From Diplonema japonicum (taxonomy: Eukaryota; Protista; Euglenozoa: Diplonemea), in contig OZ025667.1 of NCBI GenBank assembly GCA_964019335.1, positions 124,001 to 188,000 of the forward strand: a DNA stretch of 64,000 bases. Direction: 5' to 3'. Positions 11,513 to 23,511 of the stretch are shown piece after piece; position 1 is the first letter of the stretch; the number at the start of each line of letters is the position of its first letter. The notes beneath the pieces are model-generated. The model was not told where the DNA came from. It made no database searches and saw only the letters and a program-made list of their open reading frames with translations. Position numbers and translations under genes: made by a program.

Positions 11513-13558
11513 ATGGCAAAGCTTGAAGCCGCCATGGACAACGTGGAGGGGCCCATATCGCTGGAGCTGCCACGCACAAGGCAGAAGTCACGTAAGCGGC
11601 GGGTCGAGAGAGAAGAGTACGAGGAGTTCATTCTGAGGAAGGACATTTCGCAAGGTCTGGTCATGCCACCGGAGATGATTGGCCACTCGACGTCACGGGT
11701 GGGCGAGAAGTTGTTTGTGTTTGGGGGGACGAATCACGTGCACATATATTCTGACACCTGGCTGTACTCAGAAACGACACAGCGCTGGAGGAAGGTAAGG
11801 ACAAAAGGGAACCCACCCTTGGGACGGCATTCGCACACGGCTCATATCTACAAAGGCAATCTGTATGTGTATGGAGGGTTTGGTTTAGGAGGAGCTTCTG
11901 CGAAGTTGCAGAACAACAACCACTCGCCTGCCAAGCAGCTGCTGAATCTGCGTGCGACAGAGGCTACTACCCCCTCCAAGTGGCAGTCTTCAGAGGAAGG
12001 CTATCAGATGATCAAGTGTGGGTTGCTCTCTTCGCTGTTCTGTTTAAACCTCACTACTTTGGAGTGGTCGGAGCTGCAGACTCCGAATGACGAGCATATC
12101 AAAGACCACAGCGGCGTCGTGCACAAGGGAAGGATCTACTACTTCGGTGGGAGCATGGTTGAAAGCAAATCCAACTTGGTCCGTGTTTTTGACTGTGAAG
12201 CGATGAAGTGGTTGCCTGTTGCGCACTTCAACCAACAGTTGAACGACACGCGTAGGCAAAACGAAGGCCTCCTCAACACCCCTGTGCCGACAGTGCGTGC
12301 AGGGCACACGGCCTCCGTCTACAAGTCAGGGATGATCGTCTTCGGTGGCAGGCTCAGCAAGCAGGCCTACTCCAATGAAGTGTTCTGCTATGACTTCAAC
12401 ACAAGGAACTGGGCTGCATACAACCCTGCTGGCACTCCGCCCAGCGGTAGGAGCGGACACACCGCAGTCATCTGGAGCGATCGGCTTATCGTTTACGGCG
12501 GTACCTCCCACGTAGACCGCCCTGGTTCTCCTGAGCCGGGAGGCCGGGACAGCTCGAAGACTTTTCACCCCGACTGCTTCGTTCTTGCAATTTCTACACT
12601 GATCTGGCGGCAGGTCCTCTGCGAGGATGCCATCCCTCTCTCCCTGCACACTGCCACGGTGATGTCTGATAAAAACGGCAAGAAGCTCATGATGTTCTTT
12701 GGGGGTTGCAACCTGAATGAAAAAGGGAAAGAGAACACCCTCAATACTCTGATCTGCTACGAGTTCGCAGGTGCGCCCCCAGCCCCCGTGTCACCGCAGC
12801 GTGAGGCACAGCTGTCACCACCCCGATACACTCCCCGCCCTCCTCCCAGGAGGCAGCACGCAAGGCCTGCGAGACCCGCTAAGCGCTCCCCGTCACCCGA
12901 GCTACCGAGCCCACAGCGTTCTCCTTCCCCGCGAGTATTGTCTCGACCGACATCATCAGGTAACAAAGCACCGTGGGTGCTAGGCATAGGGCGCAATAAC
13001 AAGGAGTTCGGAGACACCGAGGCATTCTTCAACCACAACGAGCGGAAGCGCGTAAAGAATCGGGATATGGATGGGATCATAAACAGGCTTTGCGACACGA
13101 AAAAGGCTGAGCTGAAGATGAAGCAACTTTATGACAAGTATATGCACACAGAGGGAACCAGAGGCCTCACAAAAAAAGAACAGAAACACACAGTGACACG
13201 GCTGTACACTCGGGCAACCGAGGCAGCGGTACTGTCGAAGAACAAACTGTTACGCAAGTACCTCAGGAAAAACGAACGGACGCGACTCCCCGAGGAGGTG
13301 ATCCTGAACATGGTGGCGCGTTTACACGCGGTACCCCCCAGGGAATTACCAAAGAAGAAGCGAAATGCAAAGACCCCCAACATCGATGCTGATGAAACTG
13401 TGAAGAGGCTGTTCTACAAGGGGGTTGAAAACTTTCAGCAAACTCATAGCGACTTGGTCAGGATATACTGCCCTGAGAAGGAAGGTCCACAGATTACAAA
13501 GACTGACATGCTCAACCTTGTTGATAGGCTCTACAGAACACGCGGCTCTGGAAGTTAA
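11513..13558 (+). CDS. Kelch-repeat protein with Pro-rich linker and helical C-terminus
   Basis: Repeated R-x-G/S-H-T/S...(V/Y)FGG/YGG...W kelch blades. Confidence 0.85.
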   Translation: MAKLEAAMDNVEGPISLELPRTRQKSRKRRVEREEYEEFILRKDISQGLVMPPEMIGHSTSRVGEKLFVFGGTNHVHIYSDTWLYSETTQRWRKVRTKGNPPLGRHSHTAHIYKGNLYVYGGFGLGGASAKLQNNNHSPAKQLLNLRATEATTPSKWQSSEEGYQMIKCGLLSSLFCLNLTTLEWSELQTPNDEHIKDHSGVVHKGRIYYFGGSMVESKSNLVRVFDCEAMKWLPVAHFNQQLNDTRRQNEGLLNTPVPTVRAGHTASVYKSGMIVFGGRLSKQAYSNEVFCYDFNTRNWAAYNPAGTPPSGRSGHTAVIWSDRLIVYGGTSHVDRPGSPEPGGRDSSKTFHPDCFVLAISTLIWRQVLCEDAIPLSLHTATVMSDKNGKKLMMFFGGCNLNEKGKENTLNTLICYEFAGAPPAPVSPQREAQLSPPRYTPRPPPRRQHARPARPAKRSPSPELPSPQRSPSPRVLSRPTSSGNKAPWVLGIGRNNKEFGDTEAFFNHNERKRVKNRDMDGIINRLCDTKKAELKMKQLYDKYMHTEGTRGLTKKEQKHTVTRLYTRATEAAVLSKNKLLRKYLRKNERTRLPEEVILNMVARLHAVPPRELPKKKRNAKTPNIDADETVKRLFYKGVENFQQTHSDLVRIYCPEKEGPQITKTDMLNLVDRLYRTRGSGS

Positions 13559-13638
13559 CTCTGTTTTTTTTTTTTTTTTTTTAAAGTAGCGTGCCAAGCA
13601 CCTCATTATTCACCACAGCAAAAAGCACACACTTCAAC

Positions 13639-16600
13639 ATGCAAGATGGCGACACTGAGATGGATGACCCCACAGACAAGCATCCCCTGCTGTTTCTGCA
13701 CGACAAGGGCAGCAAACTTGTAGCGATGGAACTGCATGAAGCCGCGCAAGAACAAGACTTCATGTCGAACATCGCACCTATCAGACTGTTCAGCAAAGTA
13801 GGCTTTCTGCAAGCACCCGTGGTCATTATCCTCGCCACGGGTTCCCCTGAGACGGACCCTGCCGTCGAACCCCTGTGGTCTGTACTTTCTATGGACCACT
13901 CTGCCACCTGGCTGCGGGGCATGAGGTTTTGCTGTATTGGGAATGAGCTTATCGCGAAGAAGCTCTCTGAATTAGGTGGTGAGGCTATCCTCCCAAACGC
14001 TGATTGCCTCCCGTTGTCCGAAGTGCTTCCGTACTTTGACACCATCTGGACTAGCTTACCGGATGACGACGGAGTGAGGCCCAGCGCGAAGCTTCCCAGA
14101 ATCAGAAAAGCTTCCCCCAAAGAGCCAACGCCCATCCCTGCAGCGAAGGTTGCGAAAACTGAAGCGCAGGGGGAAATCGTTGCTCCGGCACCTCAGGCAC
14201 CCGCGAAGGATGGCACACCGAAGGGATTTGTTTCTGTGCGGTTGAAGTTAAGCAAGGCATCGGAGCGTTTGGGTGCACGGTGGGAACAGCGAGATGAAGA
14301 CGGTGTGGTCTTCTGCAAGTCAGTGAAGAAGGATTCTGTGTTCGAGAAGGCGGGGCTGAAGCCCGACATGGAAATCTTCTCGATCGATGGTGAGGAGGTG
14401 ACGGGCGAGGTCTCGATGACGAGAAAACTGGATAAGCTCCGCGACCGCTTGGGCGGTGAGATCCTCTTCAAACTCCCGCAGCACATGATCGAGGTAGAGG
14501 CAGGTGAGGGCGCCAAAAAGCCTGTCGTCTTCTTGTACGGCTCGCAGACAGGAAACGCAGAAGCCATCTGTCATGAACTGCACAAAGAAACCGCCGAAGC
14601 GGGATGGCCCACACGATTCGGCACCATGAATGAGTTCGAAACACTTGAATGGGATAAGAACAATGGCGGCGGTGTCGTGATAGTGATATCGACCACAGGC
14701 GACGGGGAAGTCCCCGACAACGGTAAGAAATTCGTGAGGTTCCTGAAGAAAAAGGCAGAGGGGAAGTACCCAGATTTGAAGTTCGCGATCCTTGCACTTG
14801 GCGATCAGAACTACGACAGATTCTGCAATGCTGGCAAGATCGTAGAGAAACAACTTCTCAATGCAGGTTGTACTCCCTTCTGCGAGACTGCTGAGGCCGA
14901 TGACGGCACTGGCCTGGAGCTGGTAGTCGAACCTTGGAGGGCATCGCTCAAGCAAAAACTCTTAGAGCTTTCAGCATCGGCATCACCAGCCGAACCTGAA
15001 CCTGTCGTGGACAAAGCTAAAGCACGTGCAGAAGCACCTCAGCGCAAAGTGCTGATCATGTATGGGTCCGAGACAGGGACGTCGGAGGCTATCGCGAGGA
15101 ACATAGCGGAGGTGGCACAAGAGTCGGAGATGAACCAGGTCTTGATACCAGGGAACAAGTGCGAAGAGGTGGACTGGGAGACATTCCCTGTCGTGTTGAT
15201 AGTCATGTCAACGACGGGTGACGGCGAGTTCTGTGAAAACGCCAGAAAGTTCTGGAGGGCCATCACGAAGAAGTCAAGACCCGGAATGTTGGAAGGGATG
15301 AAGTTTTCGGTGCTTGCGCTGGGGGATCAGTCGTACCCGAAGTTCTGCTGTGCCGGGAAGAAGGTTGATGAGAGGATGAGTGAGCTAGGTGCCGCACGGT
15401 TCTACCCAAGTGGGTTCGCCGACGACAGCGTTGGGTTGGAAGTCGTGGTAGAGCCGTGGAAGCAGAAGCTGTGGGGCGCACTGTTGTCGCTATGGGACGG
15501 CGACCAGCTTGCAAAGTCGCCGTCACTACGCCCGCTCCTCTCGAAGTCCCCTGCGCTGGGGCCCATCGATCTGACTGCCACATCAGACCGCTCTTCCGAG
15601 GTCAGTGGCTACGACCTCAAGCATAACCAACTCAACCCCTTTTATGCTAAGATCAAATCGGCAAAGGTCTTGGCCGATGTGCCCGAGACACCTACCTACC
15701 GCCTCACTTTCGACGTCTCAGAGTGTGGATTCGAATGGACCCCCGGCGACGCTGTTGGTGTATGGCCCTGCAACGACGAGGACACAGTGGAGTACCTCCT
15801 GAAGAGGCTGAACACATCACCACATGAGGATTTCAAGCGCCCCACCGGCGCCACCGCGGAGGAAATCAAATCAAAGCCGTTAATCTACGACGCTATCAGG
15901 TTCCCTTTGACGAACAGACAGCTGCTGCTGCGCCACGTGGACCTATTCATGCGGAGGACGGACATTGCGAGGTATCTTGCGAATCAGTGCGACGACGACG
16001 AGGACAGAAAGGTGTTGGCGGGGTGGAGCACGAGCGCGAAGCTGTTCAGAGAGCAGGTCACGAACAAGAAACTTTCGTTCCGCGACGTGCTGGAGATGTT
16101 CAAAAGCTGCAAGCCGACACTGAGGGGACTGGTCGAGCACAGCAACGCTCTGCAACCAAGGTACTACTCTGTCGCCAGCGCGATGGTGAAGGACAAGACG
16201 GAGCTGGACATCTGCTTCCACGTAGAGAGACACACCATCGGCGGGAAGAAGACCTTCGGAGTGTGCACAAATTGGCTGCACTCCTTGATCACGTCGCAGT
16301 CGCCCTCTGTGGTGTCGATCCCTGTCTTCCTGAAGACGACCCCTGAGTTCAATGTCCCCGACGACATATCGAACCCCATGATCATGATCGGGCCAGGGAC
16401 CGGCGTGGCTCCGTTTATTGCGTTTTTACAGTACCGGCAACGGTTAATGGCGGAGATGGAAGCCACGGGGGGTGTGCTTGCTTCCGTGCCAGCAAACGGT
16501 GGCTGCCATACCCCTTTGGACCCCACCGGCACCAACGGCGGTGTTATAGCACAGTCAAAGGTGGTTGGTGAGACCCACTTGTTCTTCGGTTGCAAATCGC

Positions 16601-17131
16601 GAAAAACAGACTACCTCTACGAGTATGAATAAGAAAGAAAAAAGAAAATGACAAAAAAAAAAAAAAAAAAAAAAATACTCACAGGGAACAACTGGAGGAG
16701 TTTGCTAGCAACCAAACCTTGAGGTACCTCCATACCGCCTTTTCCCAGGAGGAAGACGAGGCGCACTGGTACGGTGGGGTATATGTTCAGGATAAAATGC
16801 TGGTGTGTGAAGCGTAGTCAAAAAGAAGATATTTTTGTATTTCTTTTTTTTTTCCCCCACAGGATGTTTCCCAACGAATAGCCACTCTCATCCAGTCACG
16901 CAATGCCTACATCTATGTATGCGGTGACGCGAAGAGTATGGCTAAGGACGTGCATCGGTATGAAGAGAAGAAGAAAGAACAAGGAAGGGGAAAGAAAAAA
17001 AAAAAAAAAAAACCATCAGAGTACTAATCGAAATATTGGTCGATAGCAAAAAAGGGTGTACCTCCGCAGAGGCACGGACGATATTGAGTGAGATGCAAGA
17101 AGCAGGGAGGTACCAGCGCGACATTTGGTAG
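13639..17131 (+). CDS. MTRR: Methionine synthase reductase-like diflavin reductase with extra flavodoxin and PDZ-like domains, 4 exons
   Basis: Two intact flavodoxins (YGSQTGNA, YGSETGTS) ending in the MTRR-type ADD.TGLE.VVEPW; PRYYSVAS; MIGPGTGVAPF; LFFGC. Introns 16623-16684, 16803-16862 and 16958-17019 restore YVQD, YIYVCGDAKSMAKDV and RYQRDIW*. Confidence 0.85.
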
Positions 17132-17258
17132 CAGAAATAAATCGGCAAAACACTTGTTCTCTCCTCCCCTTACCTTTTTCTTTTTTAAATCTACTTTCCC
17201 GGGGCTTGGCGCGGGAGGGCACTGCTGCTTAGAGTACTTTTCGTCAACGGAAATTCTT

Positions 17259-17291
<33 letters not shown>

Positions 17292-17632
17292 CCCTGCTTT
17301 TTTTTAAACAAAAAAAGGGGAGCGGGAGTATGAGTATTGAGTTCTGTGCGTGGCTGAGACAAGATTTCCCATCTACAGAAAGAGGGTGAAGAGGAAGGAA
17401 GGAAAAAGCAATAGATTGTTGCGACAATTTTAAATCAGTTTTTTTTTTTTTAACTTCGTTTCTGTCCTTCTTCTTTTTTTATTTTATTTTTCATAATGGA
17501 AATAAGTGTTCGTTCCAAATTCTTCTTTCTTTTTGTAGTGCCCTCCCTTTGCAGCCTGTGCTAACATTTTCTGCCCCCCCCCCCCCTCTCCTGTTTGGTA
17601 TAAGTTATAAAAGATAAGCTAATGACACTTAA

Positions 17633-19358
17633 CCATCTACCAACGGACCATTTTTGCCCACCAGGGGGTAAATTTTCAAAACTTCAAAAAAAACTATTCT
17701 AGCGCAACGCTGGGGCCATATGCCCCCGGAAATGCCTCCAGATGTCCCAATTCTAGAGAGAGGGTGCCCACAGCAGGGCCCACCCCCACAACATTGTCAA
17801 AAATATCGTTCCCGAAGTGCTCGAGAGGGGTACAAAAAACAAGTCAAAAAAAATCGACTGTAAAATTATATAAAAAGCTATTTTGACGCGGTTCGCACGT
17901 GCCCCAGGGCTGGGGGACTTCTTTTTTGACCCCGAGAGGGGTTTCTGAGGGGTATCCCCGGCAAGGTGGTAGTCTTTGAAGCACAGAGTCACGCAAAGTT
18001 GTACCAAGCAGGCTGAACACTGAAATAGGGGTCTTTTCGACTTGCAATGCTTGCACCGCACGTTGCGCTACCTTTTCGGGGAAATGGTCCCAGAAGGTGC
18101 TGTCGCGGCGCATTGGGGCCTCAGGGTACTCGTTCTGTGTTTCGGGGCATGGTATTGGGGCAGCCTCCCGAGCCCTGCTCTGTAGTTAGCCTTCTTTGAA
18201 AGGCGTGAATCCACTGTCGTTCGTATTCAGGGTGTTGGGGGGCAATGCTTCTTTCCAAACAAGCCGGGCATTTGCTAGAGATTTATCTAACAAGTACGAA
18301 AATACTTTTAGGGGCCACTTCGAAGTCATAAGGGTGCGTTTATTGCGTTTTGTCGCAGCGTCACCCAGGTCGGTTCCGCCCATTGCGGTGTTGTAAATAT
18401 GCACTTGGTGGGGAGCGGGATGTCCTTTCTGGAGGGCCTCCGGCTTTCATTCTCTTTTGGCCGACGCGCCAAATTTGACTTCACCAGAACATCCAACGTC
18501 GACAGAAATCGCACAGGCTTGATGGCATGCCACGTTGTGGTGCAAAAGGATGCTCATGTGCTGGTGGAACTGGGTGTCCCCACAGGGTGCGCGTCCTTGG
18601 GCTTGCGGCCTCGCTTCTTTGGGGCATCCGTGATCTCCGGGAGGCCTTTGCGATAGGTAGAAGTCAGCACGCTTGTTTGTTTCGCTGTGGAAACACAGAT
18701 TTCCCAGAATAGTCAAAAAGCGGTCTCTTGACATGACGGTACGTGGAGCCAGTACGCCAGTAGTCAGAATAATCTGGCTTGATATCCAAGTCCATCGACA
18801 AAAGGGCACCTAGGAAGGTACGCAGAGAAGCAACATCGAGATCCAGGGAAACACTTTTTTAGCCGCATTTGCCACATTGTTCGAAGTTATGACCCGAATA
18901 ACGTTTGGGACGAGCATTTGGGAGAATATATGGAATGGCGTTGAGCCTTTGATGTCAAAACAGGGTCCACAAGGATTCCGATCTTCACGAAACCGGATGC
19001 CTTCCAACTGCTCCGGCTTTGTCGTCCAATCACCCTGCTGTGACTCGGAATCGGTCGAATTCGTATCAGAATCACTGTCTGTATCAAAATTGCATAATAG
19101 GGATGAGCCATCAGTGTTACCATCACTCATAATGTCCTCTTTCTGGGTGCCCTTTTTTGAAGTGATTTTTAAGGGTAAATTTGGGCTGGCGTTTTTTTTT
19201 ATTTTTTCAGTTCTTGCAAAGTTAGGGCGGCATTTAGTTTATATTTTTCATATTTTCCGCGCAGGGCCCAAGTGGCCGGGCCGTATTGCATTGAAAGCCC
19301 TTTGCGCAAAAGATCTTTTTTTCAAATCGTCTATATATAGACGCTCGTTGGTAGATGG
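17633..19358 (-). mobile_element. piggyBac-family DNA transposon, internally deleted and non-autonomous
   Basis: 13-bp TIR CCATCTACCAACG (17633-17645) / CGTTGGTAGATGG (19346-19358) flanked by TTAA (17629-17632, 19359-19362). Minus-strand transposase fragments: MSRDRFLTILGNLCF, KPVRFLST, YNTAMGGTDLGD, KWPLKVFSYLLD and a Cys-rich tail CKHC..CSAC..LC..CF..YH. Confidence 0.95.
17753..19130 (-). pseudogene. piggyBac transposase pseudogene
   Basis: Motifs are spread over several frames with stops; the central segment between the MSRxRF..L.F and RKGLP motifs is missing. Confidence 0.85.
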
Positions 19359-19525
19359 TTAAGAATAATGTGTCACCGTCCCCCCCCCTTTTTTTTCTCA
19401 TGTTTTTTTTTTTTTATTCTTGCATTTTTTCGTCCTTAACAAAGCCAATCACAACACCACAGGGCGCTTCCGCACCCCAATACCCCACCCACCCCCACGT
19501 TATCAAAAGAAGTATCAAGTTAAAA

Positions 19526-20945
19526 ATGGCTCCCAAGAAGAAGGCGACCAAGATGAGTTTGGGTGAGTTCCAGCAGTCGGCTGTTGAGAACTGGGCGGAT
19601 GATGTGCCCGAGGAGCCCGAACCGTCCCATGAGCATGACAGGCATCAGAAGAAGAACCCGTTTGGGGGGAACAACGATTGGAGGGGCGAGAACAGCGGGG
19701 GCGGCGGCGGTGGCAGGGCCCCCACTAGCAGCAGCGAGATGAGGAGCCGACAGGAGAAGGAAATTGTGTGGCCCGACAAGGCCCCCTTCACCGCCTTCGT
19801 CGGGAACTTCTCGTTCGACTTGACTGAAGAGGAGCTCATGGCATTCTTCGGTCCCGAGGCCCTCACGGCCCGCATCATCAAGAGGGACAGGGAGGGCAAG
19901 TCCAAGGGCTACGGCTACGTCGAGTTCAAATCCCTCAAGGGGCTCAGGGCTGCCGTTGATAAGGACGGCGACCTTTACAAGGGACGCAACATGAGGGTGG
20001 ACGTCACGGACCCCAAGTCGGGCCCCCAGGGTGGCTTCAACGCACAGGCTCTTGACTGGAGGGACGCGCGAGGAAGCCAAATCGGCACCGCGCAGCCGGA
20101 GCCCCAACGTGCACCCGCCAGGAACAACAAGGGCCCTGCACGTGGCCCTCCTGCTGACTTCTCCCGGGACGCATTCGGTGGAAGCGCGCAGAGCAGCAAC
20201 ACCGGCGGCGGTGGCGGCGGGTTCAGAGAAAAGGGCAACTTCAGGGAACAGCGCCAGGAAAGGGCCGCACCCGACTTCAACAGGGACGCGCTGGGCTCGG
20301 AACTGAAATCGAGAGAAGCCAAGCCTTCGAGGTTCGAGAGGAAGGAGGAACCCAAGCCCACCCCGGGCTTCAGCAGAGACGCCATGGGAGCTGCAGTGGA
20401 GGACAAGAAGAAGGAGCGAGAGGACAAGGAGAAGAAAGATCGCGACGAGAAGAGAAGGGTCTTCTCATCGGCACAGGCACCCACCCGTGACGTGTTCGGA
20501 GGCGCCACAGAGGAGAAGAAGAAGCCGGTGGAAAAGAAGAAGGTCGAGAAGGAAGAAGAGGAAGTCGGCGGCAAGTGGAACGACGAGGCTGACGTGCCTG
20601 TCGTGGCGGAGGCGGTATGCTTTTTACCTTTTACATAATCAATTCTTTACAGGAGAAGCAGGAGAAGAGCGACGCCAAGCCCGAGAAGGAGGACGCTGAG
20701 GAGTCGAAGAAGGAAGCCCCCAAGCCGAAGAAGAAGCCCCAGCCAAACAAGGTAAACAAAAAAGAAGAAAAAGAAGAGAAAAAAAAAAAAACCAATACTT
20801 ATAGGATGGCTGGATCACTACCGAACCCGAGAAGAAGAAGACTGAGCGTTTTGTGGCCCACGGCAAGCCGGCCGGGGAGAAGAAGGAGCCTAAAAAGAAA
20901 GAACCGATCAACGCTTACGCTCTGCTGAACAAAAAGAAGAAGTAG
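19526..20945 (+). CDS. EIF4B: eIF4B-like RRM translation initiation factor, 3 exons
   Basis: N-terminal KMSLGEF...WADD, then P.KAPFTAFVGNFSFDLTEE and RNP1 KGYGYVEF, followed by low-complexity R/G/D/F repeats. Introns 20615-20652 and 20752-20804; TAG 20943-20945. Confidence 0.75.
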
Positions 20946-21851
20946 GCAAGCGGACGAAGGAAATAAGAGAAAAAAAAAAAAAACAAGCTTTCCCAACGAA
21001 AAAAAAAAAAAAGAAAAAAGGTTGAAAACGGTGATGAGGCGCGCACACACACACACACATACGCACAGAGTCAAGGTTTGGGTGAGTAGGGGTTTTTTTT
21101 TCTTCAAGTGTGTACTTCTGTTAGTGGAAAAAGAAAAAAGGTTTTGAGGGGTCTGGTTTGTTTACATATTTGACATTGATACTATTGAAAAAAGGAGAAG
21201 AAGAGGGAGGGAATTATCTTATGAAGAGAGGAGGGGGAGGAGGGGGAAAAAAAAAAGGAGGAAAAAAAAGGGGGATGAGAAAGGCGTCCCCCCCTCTTCC
21301 TTATTTTAAATTTTTTTTTTTTTAATTCTGATCTGTAAAGCCATTATTTATCTTTTTGAATTTTTTATTTTTTATTTATTTTATTTATTTTTTTTTTACT
21401 TGAAAAAAAAAAAAAAAAAACATCCAATTTTTTCCCCTCTCTCCCCCCTGCCCCCCCTTTTTTTTTATTATTTCTTTTTATTATGGTGTGGTCGGTTGCT
21501 AACACTTCCCCCATCATCGTGATTTTCTCGCACTCACATTTTTTATCTTTTCACTTTTTTTATTTTTCCTCTCTTTCTTCCCCGAGTTTTTTTGTTTTTG
21601 TTTTTTTCTTCTTTTTTTTTTTGTTTTACCCCCTGTTCTCTTTTCCAAAAAAAAAAGAAAAAAAAAAAGAAAAAAAAAAAGTATCATTTTTCTTATTGTG
21701 GTTTTCTCTTTTTTTTTTTTTTTTTTGTGTGCTCGATTTTTCTTTTTCCGAATTTTTTCATTCAAACCCGTGTGCACGAGAGAAAAAGAAAATATTTTAA
21801 AAAAAAAAGGGAAAAAAAAAACCCCCCACCAAAAAAATTAAAAAAAAGAAA

Positions 21852-22213
21852 ATGGATACCAGCGACCACGTCCTCGCATTCCTTGAGGAGGCCACTAAGA
21901 TAGATGCGGAAAAACGTGTTCTTGAGATGAAATTGGCAGCCTTGAGGAACGAACACCTGAAACTGTCTGAGGCAAAGATTCACCTACAGCAGTCAGACAA
22001 GGCCTTGGAAAAAGAGGAGGCGGAGCTCCTGGAGAACATGGAAACGACTGCAAACCACTGTGAAGAGAAAAAGGTCAACATAGCAGAAGACGAGGCGATT
22101 CTGAGATCTTGGAAAATCGAGGCTGCAATGCTAGAGCACACCATCTCTGTTGATATAAAGGAAGTAGAACACGAAACGACAGCCGCAGTGACCCTTCGTT
22201 CAAATTACCAATA

Positions 22214-22214
<1 letters not shown>
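21852..22214 (+). CDS. Small coiled-coil protein (120 aa)
   Basis: E/K/L-rich heptad composition, coding-like base composition between homopolymer spacers. Confidence 0.65.
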
Positions 22215-22248
<34 letters not shown>

Positions 22249-22332
22249 TTTACACACCCAATCTCTCATTTTTTTTTTATTATTTTTAATTTTTTCCCAA
22301 CAAATAAAAAAAAAAAAATCTCATTCAAGGGG

Positions 22333-23445
22333 ATGTCAGCCCCCACTACATGGCGGCACTTTCCAGTGCAATGCAAGCTAGGCTCTCGATGTAAATGCCC
22401 CTGTGCCTGTCTTTCGACACTCATCCCTGTGAACAATACAACTTCAACACCCTTCAGCACTGACCTCTTCGAAGGAGAGGTGTCCTGCTGCATCAAAGGC
22501 ATCCCTGGCAACGACGACCCTTGGAAGGGACGGTACAAAGACGACAAGAGGGCAATGAGCATCACCGTAAGGGGGCGGTTCAAGGAGAAAATATGCTGCA
22601 GCGATGTAGTGTGCGGCATGGAATGGGAAAAAGAACTATCCAACCTCCCGTGGAGCTTTGTCTTAAGCGGTGCAGAAAAGGTGATCTCTCTCCTGTCTCA
22701 AGGAACGAAAGCTTGCTTGGCAGGGGAGAACCCGCATTTTCTAAACAACTTAATGGTGGGCGTTGACACCTTTAGCGTTGAACAGGGCTCACCACCCATC
22801 GCTACACATCTTGTGGTGGAGTCGTCCCCATATGGTGAAACGCCGTCACAGAGAATGAACCACGCGGCAGCCAATGCTGACTCGATGTACTTCTCACCCG
22901 ATGTGACTTATACATTTGATTTTTGGGCTGATAAGCTCGACTTTAGATCGTTCTCTGCGATAGTTCCCGGACTACCTCCCATTGCGCTTCACAAATATTT
23001 CAACGGGCAGCCGTATCCCTTCATCGCAAAGACTACAGACGGGAGGGTCTTGTGGCACATCGAAGTCTGGCATGAAATGCTCTTCCCGAACGGTTCGTTG
23101 CCAAGTGAAGCGGGGCTGCGCTATGAGCATGGGGTTGAAAAGGAAGCAGAGAAGGTAGATGAACCCATCGGACAGGAAGATGTGCCACCCCCCCCGCCGG
23201 AAGACGATGACGACCCCCTCATACAACGGGCTGCCGAGTTTTACATCCCTGCAAAACTCTGTCCCCAGCCTCACCCGCTACGGGCGCCCCTTTCCGTTGT
23301 CGCTATTCTCGTCACGTTATGCGTTGTCCTCTTCTACTGCTACCCTTTGCTGCGTTGCGACAAGAGACTGGAGGGTTTACCTGGGACCTTGCAAGGGGGC
23401 GTCTGTTTCGGGGTGGCCGTCGGGATAGGATGGCTGTTTTTTTAA
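22333..23445 (+). CDS. DUF1769-domain protein with C-terminal hydrophobic segments
   Basis: PFSTDLFEG, R.MSITVRGRFK, LPW, YTFDFW and KYFNGQPY pattern; paralogous to the next gene. Confidence 0.7.
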   Translation: MSAPTTWRHFPVQCKLGSRCKCPCACLSTLIPVNNTTSTPFSTDLFEGEVSCCIKGIPGNDDPWKGRYKDDKRAMSITVRGRFKEKICCSDVVCGMEWEKELSNLPWSFVLSGAEKVISLLSQGTKACLAGENPHFLNNLMVGVDTFSVEQGSPPIATHLVVESSPYGETPSQRMNHAAANADSMYFSPDVTYTFDFWADKLDFRSFSAIVPGLPPIALHKYFNGQPYPFIAKTTDGRVLWHIEVWHEMLFPNGSLPSEAGLRYEHGVEKEAEKVDEPIGQEDVPPPPPEDDDDPLIQRAAEFYIPAKLCPQPHPLRAPLSVVAILVTLCVVLFYCYPLLRCDKRLEGLPGTLQGGVCFGVAVGIGWLFF

Positions 23446-23511
23446 TGATTTTCTTTTTAACCCCTTCTTGTTTCTTCCCTTTGTTTCTAATCACTGAGGC
23501 AGGTGTGTAGC

